Source of the DNA: Ylistrum balloti
Taxonomy: Eukaryota
DNA length: 64,000 bases
Assembly: GCF_031769215.1 (NCBI RefSeq)
Contig: NW_026781985.1
Coordinates: forward strand, 496,001-560,000
Direction: 5' to 3'
The notes under the pieces: model-generated
The model's database searches: none
Seen by the model: the letters and a program-made list of their open reading frames with translations, nothing else
What the model was told of the DNA's origin: nothing
Shown here: positions 13,901 to 28,110 of the stretch, in pieces
Layout: each line of letters starts with the position of its first letter
Numbering within the stretch: position 1 is the stretch's first letter
Made by a program: the position numbers and the translations under genes

Positions 13901-14096
13901 CTGGCAGATCACGGCATTACTTAAGCTTCCCTGTATTCTCAATTAATCAAATTTTTATTTCTTTAAGAATGAAAGCAAATGAACAGGTTTTAAGACTAAA
14001 AATAAAGAAATTACTTTCAGAGTTGTTAGGTGTAGCATATATCCATAGGCCTTATATCTATTTCTACATCTTAACTCTGAATCATTGTAAAGGCAC

Positions 14097-14592
14097 AGTA
14101 CATTACGGGACAACTTCCCAGCATATTTGTCCTGTTTATACATCTAGGTACATTATAGGACTACTTCCCAGTATATGTGTCCTGTTTATACATCTAGGTA
14201 CATTATAGGACTACTTCCCAGTATATGTGTCCTGTTTATACATCTAGGTACATCATAGGGCAACTTTCCATCATATGTGTCCTGTTTACACATCTAGGTA
14301 CATCATTGGGCAACTTTCCGGCATATTTGTCCTGTTTATACACCGAGGTACATTATAGGGCAACCTCCCATCATATTTGTCCTGTTTATACACCTAGGTA
14401 CATTATAGGGCAACCTCCCGTTATATTTGTCCTGTTTATACACCTAGGTTCATTATAGGGCAACTTCCCATCATATGTGTCCTATTTATACAGCTAGGTA
14501 CATTATAGGGCAACTTCCCGGCATATGTGTCCTGTTTATACAGCTTGGTACATTATTGGACTACTCTCTGGCATATGTGTTCTGTTTATAAA
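14097..14592. repeat. 50-bp minisatellite (CTAGGTACATTATAGGGCAACTTCCCATCATATGTGTCCTGTTTATACAC), about 10 copies
   Basis: Period 50 (e.g. 14144 and 14194). Confidence 0.95.
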
Positions 14593-16190
14593 CATACAGG
14601 TGGACAGTAAAAGAACATTTTGAACCTTGCCATATGTAAACATTCATTTTATGAGAGCAGTAGATATTCCTGATACTTATCCAGTGTAAACGCATGCATT
14701 CGGGTAACTAGATATGAAATATCATTCGGGTATTAGAAATAAAGAGGATAAGAGGTAGATGTACACTGAGAGCTAATGTATTCTGCCTGGCTGGAGTATT
14801 GTAAGTGTGGCTTACTTCAGAGTATAATCACTGTTATACATCTTCATTACTTCTTTACATAATCTGTTATTCTTATCAAGGGGGCCCATCATGGGATGAT
14901 TAATTAGGCCAGCATCTGCAGCCCTCTACCAGCTAGGGGTCCTTATGATGAGGCAGGCTGGATCCCTGTGGGATAGTTCAGCGAGATATGTGATGCAATG
15001 TCAATTAACACACTATCATATGTATATGGAGTATGCTTCTCTGTCAGATTCTAATTCATCATCGGCACCCTCTTTGGTGATCCACACATTCATGAAGAAG
15101 AAGATATATTGTATATATATAGAGCATATTGAAATGTTAAAGTCACATCAATGTTTCACAGCTTAGACAAAACTGAAGCTTCCCACATGAATATGTATTT
15201 TATCATAGAAACATCAACTTTCAGAACATAATTGTTTCTTTGGTTATTTCTTTTGCATTTTTTTTTTTTTTTTTTCTAATTTCCAATTTTCATATACAGC
15301 CTAGTTGAAAGGTCACATATGTTTTTTGTTTTTATGTAATTTATTTATGCCATCCATACATTACTTCCCCTTGCTCCTGCGTCATTCAACATCTAGGTTG
15401 ACTGGATTTTTTCCCTACCAAATTCAGCTACAATAATGTCTTCTCTGTAGCTTAATGTCTGATTTTCATATTTCTGAACCTGAAATCCACATTCAGTGTA
15501 CGTATGGAAATAATTACTTAGGATACAAAAATGTACATGTATCAATTATCTGTAACTAATTTTGTAAGGTGTATGATGTGTATATGTTGTTGTGAATTTA
15601 ATTAGCATTCATTTATACCCATACATAATTTGTCATTCTAATTATCAATCATGTTTTGACAAGATAACAGTTTAATTGACATCATATCTGAAGAGAATAT
15701 TTTATTTAGTTTTGACTTTAGTGGGAATTTGATGAAATTTCTATTTACAAAGTATTGTTTTTATAACCTTGAAGTGCTATCCAACACATGTATATTGTTC
15801 TCAAAATGTGATATGTAATTAATGTTAATTGTATTCATATGTACGATATGTTTATCAGGCTATGCATGGACAAAGTATCACAAATTCATAAGACCCAGAC
15901 AGATTTAATAGAAAAAAAAATTATCATATTCAATTCATCAAGTCCAGAGGGTAAGAAGTATAATTGGATTGAGATTTGTACAGATAGAATCAATGTCATC
16001 TATGTTTGATCTCCTGTACCAAAAGTCTCATTATCTCCAGCTTATTGTTGTCTCAGATCAAACACCTTCAGATTTAGCTTCATTTGTGAAGAGAAAAACA
16101 GTCTGCATCATCAAAACTGAGATATAGGACCAAAAGAATCATATTTCCCAGGTAATAATCCCCCTCCCATTCCTATCTATCTTACAATCA

Positions 16191-16589
16191 AATGAAATCT
16201 TCAGTATACTGTACTGCTTCTTGTTGTACAAATCTAAGATCAGGGATAATGAAATCTTCAGTATACTGTACTGATTCTTGTTGTACAAATCTAAGATCAG
16301 GGATAATGAAATCTTCAGTATACTGTACTGATTCTTGTTGTACAAATCTAAGATCAGGGATAATGAAATCTTCAGTATACTGTACTGCTTCTTGTTGTAC
16401 AAATCTAAGATCAGGGATATTGAAATCTTCAGTATACTGTACTGATTCTTGTTGTACAAATCTAAGATCAGGGATATTGAAATCTTCAGTATACTGTACT
16501 GATTCTTGTTGTACAAATCTAAGATCAGGGATATTGAAATCTTCAGTATACTGTACTGATTCTTGTTGTACAAATCTAAGATCAGGGAT
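16191..16589. repeat. 57-bp minisatellite, 7 copies
   Basis: Near-identical units containing palindromes CAGTATACTG and TTGTACAA. Confidence 0.97.
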
Positions 16590-16895
16590 TCCCTACAGCA
16601 AGATATGTAAGTCTTGGTGACTATGTCAATCAAAATTCATAGATTTTGTGTACAATGGATAACAGGGATTAAAAACATAAAATAAAATGGAGTTTTATGT
16701 GATGAAATTTAACTGTAGTTCTTGTTCCTATCTGTAGTATTTGCTCAACAATGATGACTTTTACTTTAAGTGTAGTATTTGCTGCACTGTTTAATCATGT
16801 ACTTTACCATATTTGCATCTTAAACTGAAGTATTTGCTGTACTTGAGAACATCTCAACAGTTCTAGTACACTTATTTGTTGCTAAACAAATGTGA

Positions 16896-17805
16896 GGGGT
16901 GAATGCATTATGTCTTATGTCAAAATATACTGCAGGTTCTAGGCAGAGGGGTGAACACATTATGTCTTATGTCAAAATATACTGCAGGTTCTAGGTGGGG
17001 GGGTGAACGCATTATGTCTTATGTCAAAATATACTGCAGGTTCTAGGCAGAGGGGTGAACACATTATGTCTTATGTCAAAATATACTGCAGGTTCTAGGC
17101 AGAGGGGTGAACACATTATGTCTTTTGTCAAAATATACTGCAGGTTCTAGGCAGAGGGGTGAACACATTATGTCTTATGTCAAAATATACTGCAGGTTCT
17201 AGGTGGGGGGTGAACGCATTATGTCTTATGTCAAAATATACTGCAGGTTCTAGGCAGAGGGGTGAACACATTATGTCTTATGTCAAAATATACTGCAGGT
17301 TCTAGGCAGAGGGGTGAACACATTATGTCTTTTGTCAAAATATACTGCAGGTTCTAGGCAGTGGGGTGAACGCATTATGTCTTATGTCAAAATATACTGC
17401 AGGTTCTAGGCAGAGGGGTAAACACATTATGTCTTTATGTCAAAATATACTGCAGGTTCTAGGCAGAGGGGTAAACACATTATGTCTTTTGTCAAAATAT
17501 ACTGCAGGTTCTAGGCAGAGGGGTAAACACATTATGTCTTATGTCAAAATATACTGCAGGTTCTAGGTGGAGGGGTGAACACATTATGTCTTATGTCAAA
17601 ATATACTGCAGGTTCTAGGCAGAGGGGTAAACACATTATGTCTTTTGTCAAAATATACTGCAGGTTCTAGGTGGAGGGGTGAACGCATTATGTCTTATGA
17701 CAAAATATACTGCAGGTCCTAGGCAGAGGGGTGAACACATTGTCTTATGTCAAAATATACTGCAGGTTCTAGGCAGAGGGGTGAACACATTATGTCTTAT
17801 GTCAA
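16896..17805. repeat. 52-bp minisatellite (GGGGTGAACACATTATGTCTTATGTCAAAATATACTGCAGGTTCTAGGCAGA), about 17 copies
   Basis: Period 52 (e.g. 17052 and 17104). Confidence 0.97.
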
Positions 17806-20800
17806 GCAATACCTCAGGTCCTAAGCCCAAGTCATTTGATGGCAACTCTACTGAACAGCAAGAAATAAGGATTGCCTTGTTACAAGAAAAAATATGATAA
17901 ATACATTTATTCCTCAGAAATTATGTGAGAATCTACTTTTGTTGATTTTACTCCTAACTTCTCCACAAAATGATTAACATCACACTGGTTTCTTAACTAT
18001 TTATAATGATGTGGCCAAGGAATAGTAAAGTTGTTAAGATCGAGTAAATATGAACCCCACTTAAATGTAAGGTTTTACAGTATATTTACAAGAAAGTTGC
18101 AAGCATGATATATCTTGTCATTTGACCTCTGATAATCTGGTACATACTTACTTGACATCAAATTATATATATTTCTCACTAAGTACAGATATATATATAA
18201 GAAAGTCATGCATTGCCTTGGGCTCCTGGCAGTAAGGACAATGGCAGACTGTTCTAGTACCTGTATATCTATAGTGTTAAAATCCCCACAGGTAAGTTGT
18301 GCTGACACTACAAACCCATGTACAACTTCATGACTGGGATATTGAAATATTAACCTGTAATTGTTAATATTGATCTTTCAAACATAACAACAATGACACT
18401 CAGTGATAAATCAAACTGATGAATTGAAAGATAACATTTGTCAACTGTGCTCAAGGGATTAAAACTTGACACCAATTTGTTATTACTTTGATATAAAACT
18501 AGCTAATTGTTTTGTGTCAAAATTTTGTTACCTCTCCGACTGCTACATACAACGTTCTTTTGATTTGTCATTATGTGGTATGTAAATATGTTAAAAGATT
18601 TTCTGGTTCCACTTCCAAACAATAGACATTTTAATGACACTACAAATTGATCTGAACTAAAAACTTCTGTCTTCTGACCTAATTAAATATGAAAATTTAA
18701 AATCTTCTCATGACCATTTTGTGCTATAATCATCAAAGTCATGTACACTGAAGTATGATGTGAGACACATTGAATATGAATAACCCTGTACACAGCACAT
18801 ATAAAACATATGTCTGTATATCAATTCTTATCTTTCCTTCCTATTGACACTTAATATTCAGTAAGTAATATTTGGAATGTTTCCAATTACAGAATGAATT
18901 CTCCCAGAAAAAAAATCTTTTTAAATGATAAACAATATTTGTGGATGTCTCTGCATCATATGAATATGGTTAGAGGTTTTGTTATTTGCTCGTCTTGTAG
19001 TGAATATTTCATTTTCTTCCTTTCCCCTTCACTCCTTCTTGTTATTCTTCTATTTCTTGTTTTGACATATTTGTCCTGACTGATGTTGTCTTATTTTTCT
19101 CCCTTAATATTTCTTTCCCTTCATATCAACGCATTTCTAAAACATCTTTTCATCAAAAATTACAGTTTTGACTATTAATGAAAGAACAATATTATTTCTA
19201 ATAACTGAAATAACTTAAATTCAAATGTGTCCAGAATAATTATGGGAAAATTGTCCACTTAAACTTTTGACCACTGCCTTTAGTAGCCATCTCATTGACC
19301 GTACAGGAAATATTCTCCTCATTCAAAGGAAGTGCCTGCCACCTATAATGATGCCACTCCAGAGCTCTGTGAAGTAAACAAACAATTATCTAGGTCTGCA
19401 GATGTCACTGTGTCAAAAGGGAAAACTGTTACCTATAATTGATAGCTGGTTGCATTCAAAGAACTTTAGTTATAAAGAAAAAGATTACCAGCTGTTGGTA
19501 CAAAGTATCATTATCTGCATCAAATCCTCATTCACATGATGAGTTATCTGCCCCTTCCTGGTCATTTGGGAAGTCCTTGTAGAAAAAACGAGAAGCAGTT
19601 TTGTTATAAATATCCATATGATGATTTAACTATCATTATAATCAAAATGTTTCATACAAAAGGACTCTATTATCTTTTGTGGTCTAAGCCATTGATAAAA
19701 TTTCAACATGTTTGTATAAAGTAATTTTTGTTTTCTAATTAAAAGGAACTCTGATCTACAATTATAGATATAACACATTTTACTATGTTTCATTCACTTT
19801 AGCAATGAGTGCTGGAAGGAATTGGTATGAAAATTAATATAAGGAATTATCTGTCCTTGAGCATACTGACAGGAAGCAGGTTATTGAGATCATTTGGAAG
19901 AAAAAAGGAAAAACAGAACAAATTATCTATTAAAGCAAATATGTTTACTTCCTACACATCAACAAGAAGATAACTGTCTTTCAACACCAATTTTTGAATA
20001 CATAAGTGCATAATATGTCAAAACATCTGTCCCCGCCGGTTGTCTGCCCTTGAGTGTCTCTACAGGAAACAGACAATCTACATAGTTCAAAGAGCACATG
20101 ATACAACAAAATAATCTTTTATTAACAAGTATTAAAACAAATGTGCTAACCTCTCAATCATGTTACTGAAAGAGGAAGCCGAGGAGATTAAAGGGGCAGT
20201 AAAATTGTCTGCATATAACAGTCCCCCCTCCCAGCATCTGTTTATGCCAACTTTGATTTTGTTCCATTTGTATACAATATTGTACTACGTGGATGGCTTT
20301 AATGAAACTCCGGCCTTTGTATAAACACACAGATTTAACTACAAGAAAAGTTCAGCTTCCTCTTCTGGGATTCTGTGAGATTTGGAACTCTTTTGTGTGT
20401 AAGAAACAAGATTCTAAACCATGTGTTTTATATTATGTGATGCTTAATCATTCATTATCCAAGATTTGTCTTGTTTGAAATTTCTTACTCATTCTTGAAT
20501 GGAAAGATAATTTGTATGACAAAGTATGATAACTGAAATCCATGGGAAGATTCTTTGCAAGCATAAATTAAATTCTGTACCAGTATTAAATATGTTTTTC
20601 ATTCAGATAACAGTTCGGTTTTCCTGTTGTTTGAATCCTTTTATGAATAAAAAAAGCTGCAAGGATTTGTGTACCTTATCAAAGCATTGCCTATAGACAA
20701 TAGAAGCTGAGCTTAATTATATGTAGATTGGGTTCGGATAATGCTCTATCAAAATTGATGCAGATGGTTTCCAGTCTTTGACTCAGCTTCCGGAGAGGAT

Positions 20801-21649
20801 GAACAGCTACTCCCACATCTATTGGAAGATTTTCATAAAATGGAACTATAATATATACACTCAAGCCCTTCCCTAAATTGTGCTGTATACATTTTGTCAA
20901 TTATAAGTAGATTGTCAAGGATATATATACAAGAGAGCTGAATGATATGGACAACATGTAACTTAGCACATGGATAGCTTTACATAGTTAATGTATAGAT
21001 ATTCAGGTAAAAAATAGTCATGCAAACTTTTAAATATCATAATTCACAGCAAGTACACAGCTTTTGATAGATATCTAAATGTTTTAATGCTTTATCAGTT
21101 TTATAAAAATTGAACCATTTAGTCACTTTAACACATCCATACTTTTGTTTTGATTTTTTTTTTAAGGAGAAATTGACTCAGGATTTAGATTTTCCTTATA
21201 TGTACTTCAGATATTTTTTCTCATGTTATTTGAAATTTACTTTTTTAAGTATGTCATATTTCTTAATCTTTTAGTTCATTCTTTTGGAATTTAAGACATT
21301 TTTACTTGTCAACTGAAAAAAGATTTAATGATGAAATATTTAATATCACAAGTTATTCTGTAAGTAAATGGTGGAGGGGGGATGATTGCAGTTAAGAAAA
21401 TGCTTTGAAATTGGAGGATACAGAGAATAGTGTTTCCGTAAGGAGGGAGGTTTTGGTGTAGTATGGGTGCGTTCTGAGCTCGCCAGTTCACCCCAGTCTG
21501 ACAGTGGCAGTAGAATTTGTTAGAGGGCCAGTAGCGTGATGAGAAGCATATGGACAACTTCATTATACTTGTATAACAACTGTTTTCTGTCCAGGCATAG
21601 CATACAGCAGGATGTACAATTCAGATGGGATATTGCTCCAATTTATGAA

Positions 21650-22750
21650 AAATCTTAATTATTAGAAACAGAAACATATACATTTGACCACTCCTGGGTT
21701 CTATTTTAGATCTGGGGTCAGAAAGCTAGAAATCACACCCAAACCCCCTTTCCTAAATTATTACCATATTATTGAGCTTATTGATTTAGGTAGAAGATTT
21801 AGCAAAAACACATTAATACAGTCATATTTCCTGCCAACCCCTTTCCTCTTGAAACCCCAACTCCTTCAGTTTGTTTTTCTAGAGACAAGCAAATATTTTC
21901 CTCCGGAGAGCCCTAATGGGTTTCTGTATTACTTATTTATCTTGAAACATGTCTTACCAGATTCTATATATTTTTGTCTTTTTGATAGAAAAAAAAATAC
22001 AATTTTCAAGTTAGTGCCATGTCTTTCTTTCCATTTTGTTGATTTCTTTTCCAACTCAGGAACTGACCCTTTCTAAATTCTAGCTTCCTCCTTTATTTGG
22101 TTTGGAGATTAAGGTATAAAGTCAACCATTCAGATCTGACCTCTTTTTAGTACTGTTTGTTGTTATTTGTTGATCTAGGGCTCTTGATCATTCAAGGGGT
22201 CAATTCCAGCCTCAAGCTTCTAGAATCCCTTCCCTTTATCCTTTCTTAAATGGAATGAATTTCTTGTCAGGTACAAGACATCATTTGATAATTAATCTCA
22301 GAAGAACTGTGATATTTGCATGAAGATTTCCTACACTTTTCAGATCCAAACATTTATCACGGATGGGTCTTTGATATTTGGAAAAAGATTTCCCAGTTCT
22401 GATCAAATTAAGAAATCACTCATGACAAATAACATTGTTTATTCCTTGATGTAAAATCTATCTGAATCATAGTAATCACAGATGAGTATAAGATTTGCCT
22501 CAAAGTCTGTGATTATAAAATCTTAAAACAAGGATGGACAATTTAGACCCAAAGTTCCCAATTTGTGATAAATAACGAATAGAAATTACAAGTGATTGGT
22601 TTTTTCTGTTATAAACTCAGATTTGAAAAACGGTTGTATTTGATCCAGACACTACAAAATTTTGCTCAAGAATTACTTTAATGTATATAATCTGGCACTT
22701 TTCTCAATAAAAGATATTTTCATAATAAAATTGTATTGTTTGTGCATTAC
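21650..22750 (+). mobile_element. Very old L1/Tx1-like LINE ORF2 relic (post-RT region)
   Basis: Fragments across frames (KKNTIFKLV...SSFIWFG, GLLIIQGVNSSLKL, FFCYKLRFEKRLYLIQTL) recall L1-clade motifs GKITIIKSL, FIW.GK, GGL...., FYK.WF.KGI..I.DL. Many stops. Recognised by eye only. Confidence 0.35.
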
Positions 22751-23939
22751 AAAGTGTAGGTGTTCTTTTCTCTTTCTTTTGTCCAAGAAAGTAATGTCTT
22801 TTTAAAGTGTTGGTATGTGGAAACTTACTCTATACTGGATAAAGAAAATGTCATTAATTCTTTTTTTTTCTAAATGAAACTGTGCAGAAAATGAGTGTGG
22901 TTGGAGTGAAGACATGTTATTTATCATAGCTGTAGATAAGGCAATTACACAGGTAAAAATGACAAGGAGTTTTCTGTCAATTGACCCAACTTTGTCGGAC
23001 AAGCATGACTAAAGCAGCAGTAGTATTTGACCAGTGTGGTTTGCTTAATGTAAAGAATATCAAAAGACATACAATTGAATTTCAATTTTTCTGATAAAGA
23101 GTATAAGCTCATTGTGTGCTTTATGAGTGAACTTTCATCATAAAAAACGACATTTACAGAAAAGTGCATCTGTATTTCAAACTATTTCAAAATCCAATTA
23201 AATCTCTTCTGCCTTGACGAAAATTCAGGCTGACCATCCTGTGTCGCTGTCTACAATGCTGCCCATTCCTTACAGTTGAGGGACTTTCCTGATTGCCAAA
23301 GGCAACAGACTTTTACCTGACATGGTGACAAATTACCCACAAGGTTATAAAGGTGCGAGAGAAATATCAAAATCAGGAAATGAGATTTTAATCTGGTCAT
23401 TAATTGAAAATTTTGGAAAAAATATTTGGTCAGCTGAATCAAAATTAACACCAACTGACAGGAACTTTTTTAACATGTTTATATTGTAACATGGACTTGT
23501 GAATCTTTATGAAATAATTACAAAACAAATTAGAAATATTCTTCTAAATAAAACAAAAAAAGATATTTTATTATTATAACCATGTTTCAAACAATCCCTA
23601 AAATTCATGACATATTACATTCTAATTGGATCAGTTAACCAAATTTTTGGTTAATATTTCATTTTTTTGCATAACAGTAAAACATTGATTGTGTTCGTTT
23701 CCTCCGGATATTGATAGTAGATATTCTTCGATAATGACCTACAACCTATCCATACATTTTCCTTCTAATAATCCCCTAAACTGGATTTTATTCAAATACC
23801 AATGGTGATATTTGTAAAGTCCTTGACAGATTTTTTACAAAACCACTGAAATAACTGTATTTTTCAATTAGGAAGTTAACACGTTTTTTAAGGAATAATG
23901 CCATACCGAACATCCTGTGTGTCAGAAAATAGCTGTAGG

Positions 23940-25100
23940 ACTTTTTTAAGAGAAGCAGAGTGACGTCACGGGAAATCTTTTGATCCCAAGTTTGAAAGTC
24001 TGTCACGTGATCTCTCCCCATACACACACCGATAGGCTAGAAAGTTGGATGCTCTGTCAGATGTGTTACGGAGAAGTAGAGTGCGCACTGTTATGGAGAT
24101 TTTAAAAAGTGTTTTGGGATTATTAACAAGTTGATTTATACGTATATGTGGGATTTAGGAAAGTTAAAGGTAAGTATTTTTGGCCATTGTACTTGTAATA
24201 ACGTAGAAGTAAATAGAAATCTTGGAAATTAAAGGGACGCTACGATACTAGAATACCCGAATGGCTGGGCGACGAACCATGTGGCTGAGAAGTTGTAGGG
24301 GGTTATCGTCCCAGGCAAATTCCTGGCAAGTTTGTCTTTCTATTAACCCATAACGTTTGACAACAAATTAGAATACAATCTCGTCTATTTCTGCTGTTGA
24401 AAATGTGTTTTGTTCAAAAATTCCTGGTTTCGTAGGGAGCAAGTGCCTATTTGTTTACAAGCGTGCTTGATTTACCTAGATTTCGTGAATACCTGTTGTT
24501 GTTGCGGAACGTTGAAGTTTTAGTCTGACATTTTTTTAGCGAATTCAAAAATTGTTTCTCAGTAACGAACGTAAATAGAACGTACAGATTTTTAACAATC
24601 TGCCGATGTTACATATTCACTGCAAATTATTTATGTTTTTTTGTTTTTTTTCGCGTTTTGGGGAAAATTTAGAATTAACTCGTATTATGTTAGGTTATTG
24701 TGTCGAGCATGTTAGTAAAATTTAAGTTTAGATTATTTTTGAAAAAGACATTCGGTTCCTCCGTAACCCCTTGATCCAGCTAGTCATCACAATCGGGGGC
24801 CCGTATGACTGTTCAACTTGTGTTATGCTGATAAGGCATCAGGTATGTTGTACGCGTTTGCACGTTCGACCTGTCAATGATATGAATAAAATTTAGCATC
24901 ATTTTACATCAGAATTAATTGTGCTCGGGTTATCGGCGATTTGGGATCTGTTATCAGATTTCTCGTCCATACGAAGAGACCCTCTACCTGAGCGGATTCC
25001 CGCGTTTTTTTCTCAATTGACCATCGCCCCTGGGTATACTGCTGACCGATTAAACAGAGATTAAACGGCAAGCATTGGTCAACTGGTCAGTGATTGGCTG
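23940..25100 (+). promoter_or_regulatory. CpG-rich promoter region of FGFR with CRE (TGACGTCA 23961-23968) and extended E-box (GTCACGTGAT 24002-24011)
   Basis: Manual count of about 47 CpG in 24001-25080 versus about 8 in an equal window near 20-21 kb. The motifs lie just upstream of a perfect splice donor. Confidence 0.7.
24020..24169 (+). other. FGFR: Probable non-coding first exon of FGFR (5' boundary approximate)
   Basis: Perfect donor AAG|GTAAGT at 24169/24170 at the edge of the CpG-rich block. TSS not determinable from sequence. Confidence 0.6.
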
Positions 25101-28100
25101 TAAAGGATTTAGTGATCTTTTGTTTGGACAGCATTAACTGGAGACTGACCATTAGTGTCTTGATAATTAGTAACATTTACATGCAAGGAAGTGGTCAATT
25201 ACACACCTTGATTAAGACGAGTCAATGGTCATGTAGCTTTACTCTGTGCCAAGATTACAGGTAACTACTGGTATTCAGAAGGGATCATCATAACATTTAA
25301 CTTGTAAATATATATATAAACTGTGATATATATTATGTGTAAAGGAGGTAAGATATACAGCATTCATTGGATTACAACCATTTCAATGTCATTTTCAAAA
25401 TTACCACTTTTGCAGATGTTATTTAAAATACTAGATTATTTCCAGACCTAGAAAGAATCAATCGCAGAAGGGATTAAGTTAATACCTATGGTTTATATCA
25501 AATCTGTTGAAATTGAAGCAATCGATTTTATGCTGATAGAAAAATTCAGCTTATATTTTTGATATCTTTTGTGTATACAATTGCTCACAACATAACAGAA
25601 TTGACAAAGAATCATACATTTCTAGGATATATTGGTAAGTTTGTAAGTCATTTCATATGACTGGAATTGGAGGGAAAATGCATTCTGGTGGGAAAATCCC
25701 TCTAAAATATACCAACATGGTCAGATGTTTTAGATAACAGGTGAAGTTAACAACCACCGCCTCTTCTTTCCCAGGACAGTTTTTAGGAGTCAAACTGACC
25801 GCCAGTGGTCAATCCCAGCTGTTGGGGGTCATTCTCACAAACGTGCTAAAAATTTTGTTCTCAGGGGTGTAAAATGAGTGTTAGAGATCTATTTAGAGCC
25901 TCCATGACCCCTATCACTTGTCAGATCTAAATCAAGATAAATAAAATTCAAGCTTTGTGTGTAATAAATATTAAAATTAAAAGTGTATACTTTGACAGTC
26001 TCAAAAAAAAACAACTTGTTTATCATCAGTGGAATTTTCTCTTATAAATCATTTCATGTTGAAATCATTAAGTTGTCTGTCTTTTTGGTACAAGATCAGT
26101 TTTGTAGTGTATGAAAAAATCTGAAAAGGAATTGTCTTTATAAACCACTTTTAATTATGAAGCTGTCGGCCACACAACACCAGAAAGCTTGTACATCTCT
26201 GGCTCAGACTACTATCAAATTTGTTTATCTGCATAGAATGTAAATTGGCAAATTAAATTAGGACTGTGAAATAGGATAGACATTTGTCCCTAGCTTTGAC
26301 TATATACTCCTTTAAAAAGTGATTAAATGTTGTGTTATCCTGAGTTTATCAGGATCATCACAAGATTACAGAGATGTATACCCCCAACAAAGTTCAGGAA
26401 TTTTCCCACTGAAGATTAGGAAAAAACACTCGACCTTCTTCATGAATGAAGGTTGGAGTTTCTTGGGTGCTATAGTGTAAAATCTGTTACGAGGTGCCAG
26501 ATCCTGGGAAATAATATCTTCATCTTATTTTCATCCCTTTTATTCATTTTGGATTCTGGAATATGTGTTCATATGTTTGTGGGATTTATGGGTATTTTTG
26601 AATGATGCTGAGCCACAGAGTTACAGAAAGTACAAGATTTTACTGATGTACTACAATCCCATACGAGCATGATTCAAATATAGTTTATACACAAAAAGAA
26701 GGTATTTTGATAACGTTTTCTACTGTGACCCAAGGGAGGTAATTTGCACTTCTCTTAACCTACAAACAGTTTTCTTCCTGTAATTTCATATATAATTCAG
26801 ATTGTTAATTTGTTTATGTGTTAAAATTAGAAACATGTTGATAATCTGTTATCAATGGAATTGATTTGTGGTCAGATTCCATTACATTAACCATGGGGAC
26901 AAGAATTGATCAGGTGCTTCACTTATTGCATGGTTTGTCAGTAATGAACACTGATTTACTGTCATAATATAAATACTTAGGCTAAAAGAATTTTGTATAA
27001 ACTATTATGTAAAAAAAAGATAACTGTTCTAAACAGACTAAAAGAATTATTTAGAGGTGAATAATGTTGATAAGAATATTTGTACAGTTTTTAGTAAATG
27101 ATGAAATAATTCTCGATCACTCTTTTAATATCTCTCATTAGTCCTGGTTTATTGACCTTTTAAAAATGTATAAGAGAAATGTATAAGATTGAAATTTCAG
27201 CCTTTATTTATGTTAAATATTGGCTTATCATTTCCTAACTTATGTTCTATATACTAAAATAGAACTGCTGTAAGTTAGATGTTTCCTGGAAATTATAATA
27301 TTTTCCAAATCAGAAATTATGTCTCTAAACAGTAATTTAAGTTGGATTTTTGGCACAGCCAAGTCCAGAATACTATTTCCAACATTTTGATAAGTTTCAT
27401 TACTAACACCTTACATCAAGGTAGGTTCTCAAACTTTGGGTGGTTGTTTTCAAATGTAAAGTCACAAGGCGAGGACTCCAGTATCTTCAGTCCCAAAAAT
27501 CACTGGTAACTGTTAAAATATTTATAAGTAGAGTTTTGCTGGTCTATCTTTTTCAATTTTCCAAGATCTCAAAGTCATAATAATTTGTTTGATTTGACAA
27601 CACTTCATCTATATAATGGTATGGATAAATCCCTGTCATGTCAGATCTAGAAATTGTGATATAAAGGATATTTAAGGGTTTCCTTTTCAATATCATACAT
27701 ATTTCACAAGTATGATATATTACCTATATTTTCACATGAATGAAAGAATAGTTTTTGCCAGAATGAAATAAATATATATTCTGTCAAACAAGTTATGCTG
27801 TTATCTAATAAAAATTGAATACAAATTATATATTTTATATTCCCAAAACAGAAATGTACATGAGAATTACAAGATGTGTTGTAACTGATTCAAACTTTAT
27901 TTCATTTGTGTTCAGACAGAAAAATTGACAAATTTCAAAGAATCGCTATAAAGCACTGCTCTGGTTGGTCAAAACTAGGTTTTTATATCATCACATGAAA
28001 AGTTTTTAAGATTTATTTTGTCATCACTTTTTTGAGTTTGAGAAATAGATGATTTGACATTTCGCTTGACAACAATCATCATACCAAGAAAGGATTAGTC

Positions 28101-28110
28101 AATACTACAG

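Noticed and set aside
16139-16633. 164-aa and 142-aa Cys-rich repeat ORFs
   Set aside because: Artefact of the 57-bp array, although superficially like a metallothionein or shell-matrix repeat.
18950-19140. Purine-rich minus-strand stretch resembling a Lys/Glu-rich exon
   Set aside because: Stops in all three minus frames.
22802-23002. Minus-strand ORF with a signal-peptide-like stretch and a donor at its end (possible FGFRL1 first exon)
   Set aside because: It starts at TTG two codons after an in-frame stop, has no ATG before the hydrophobic stretch, and has no recognisable homology.
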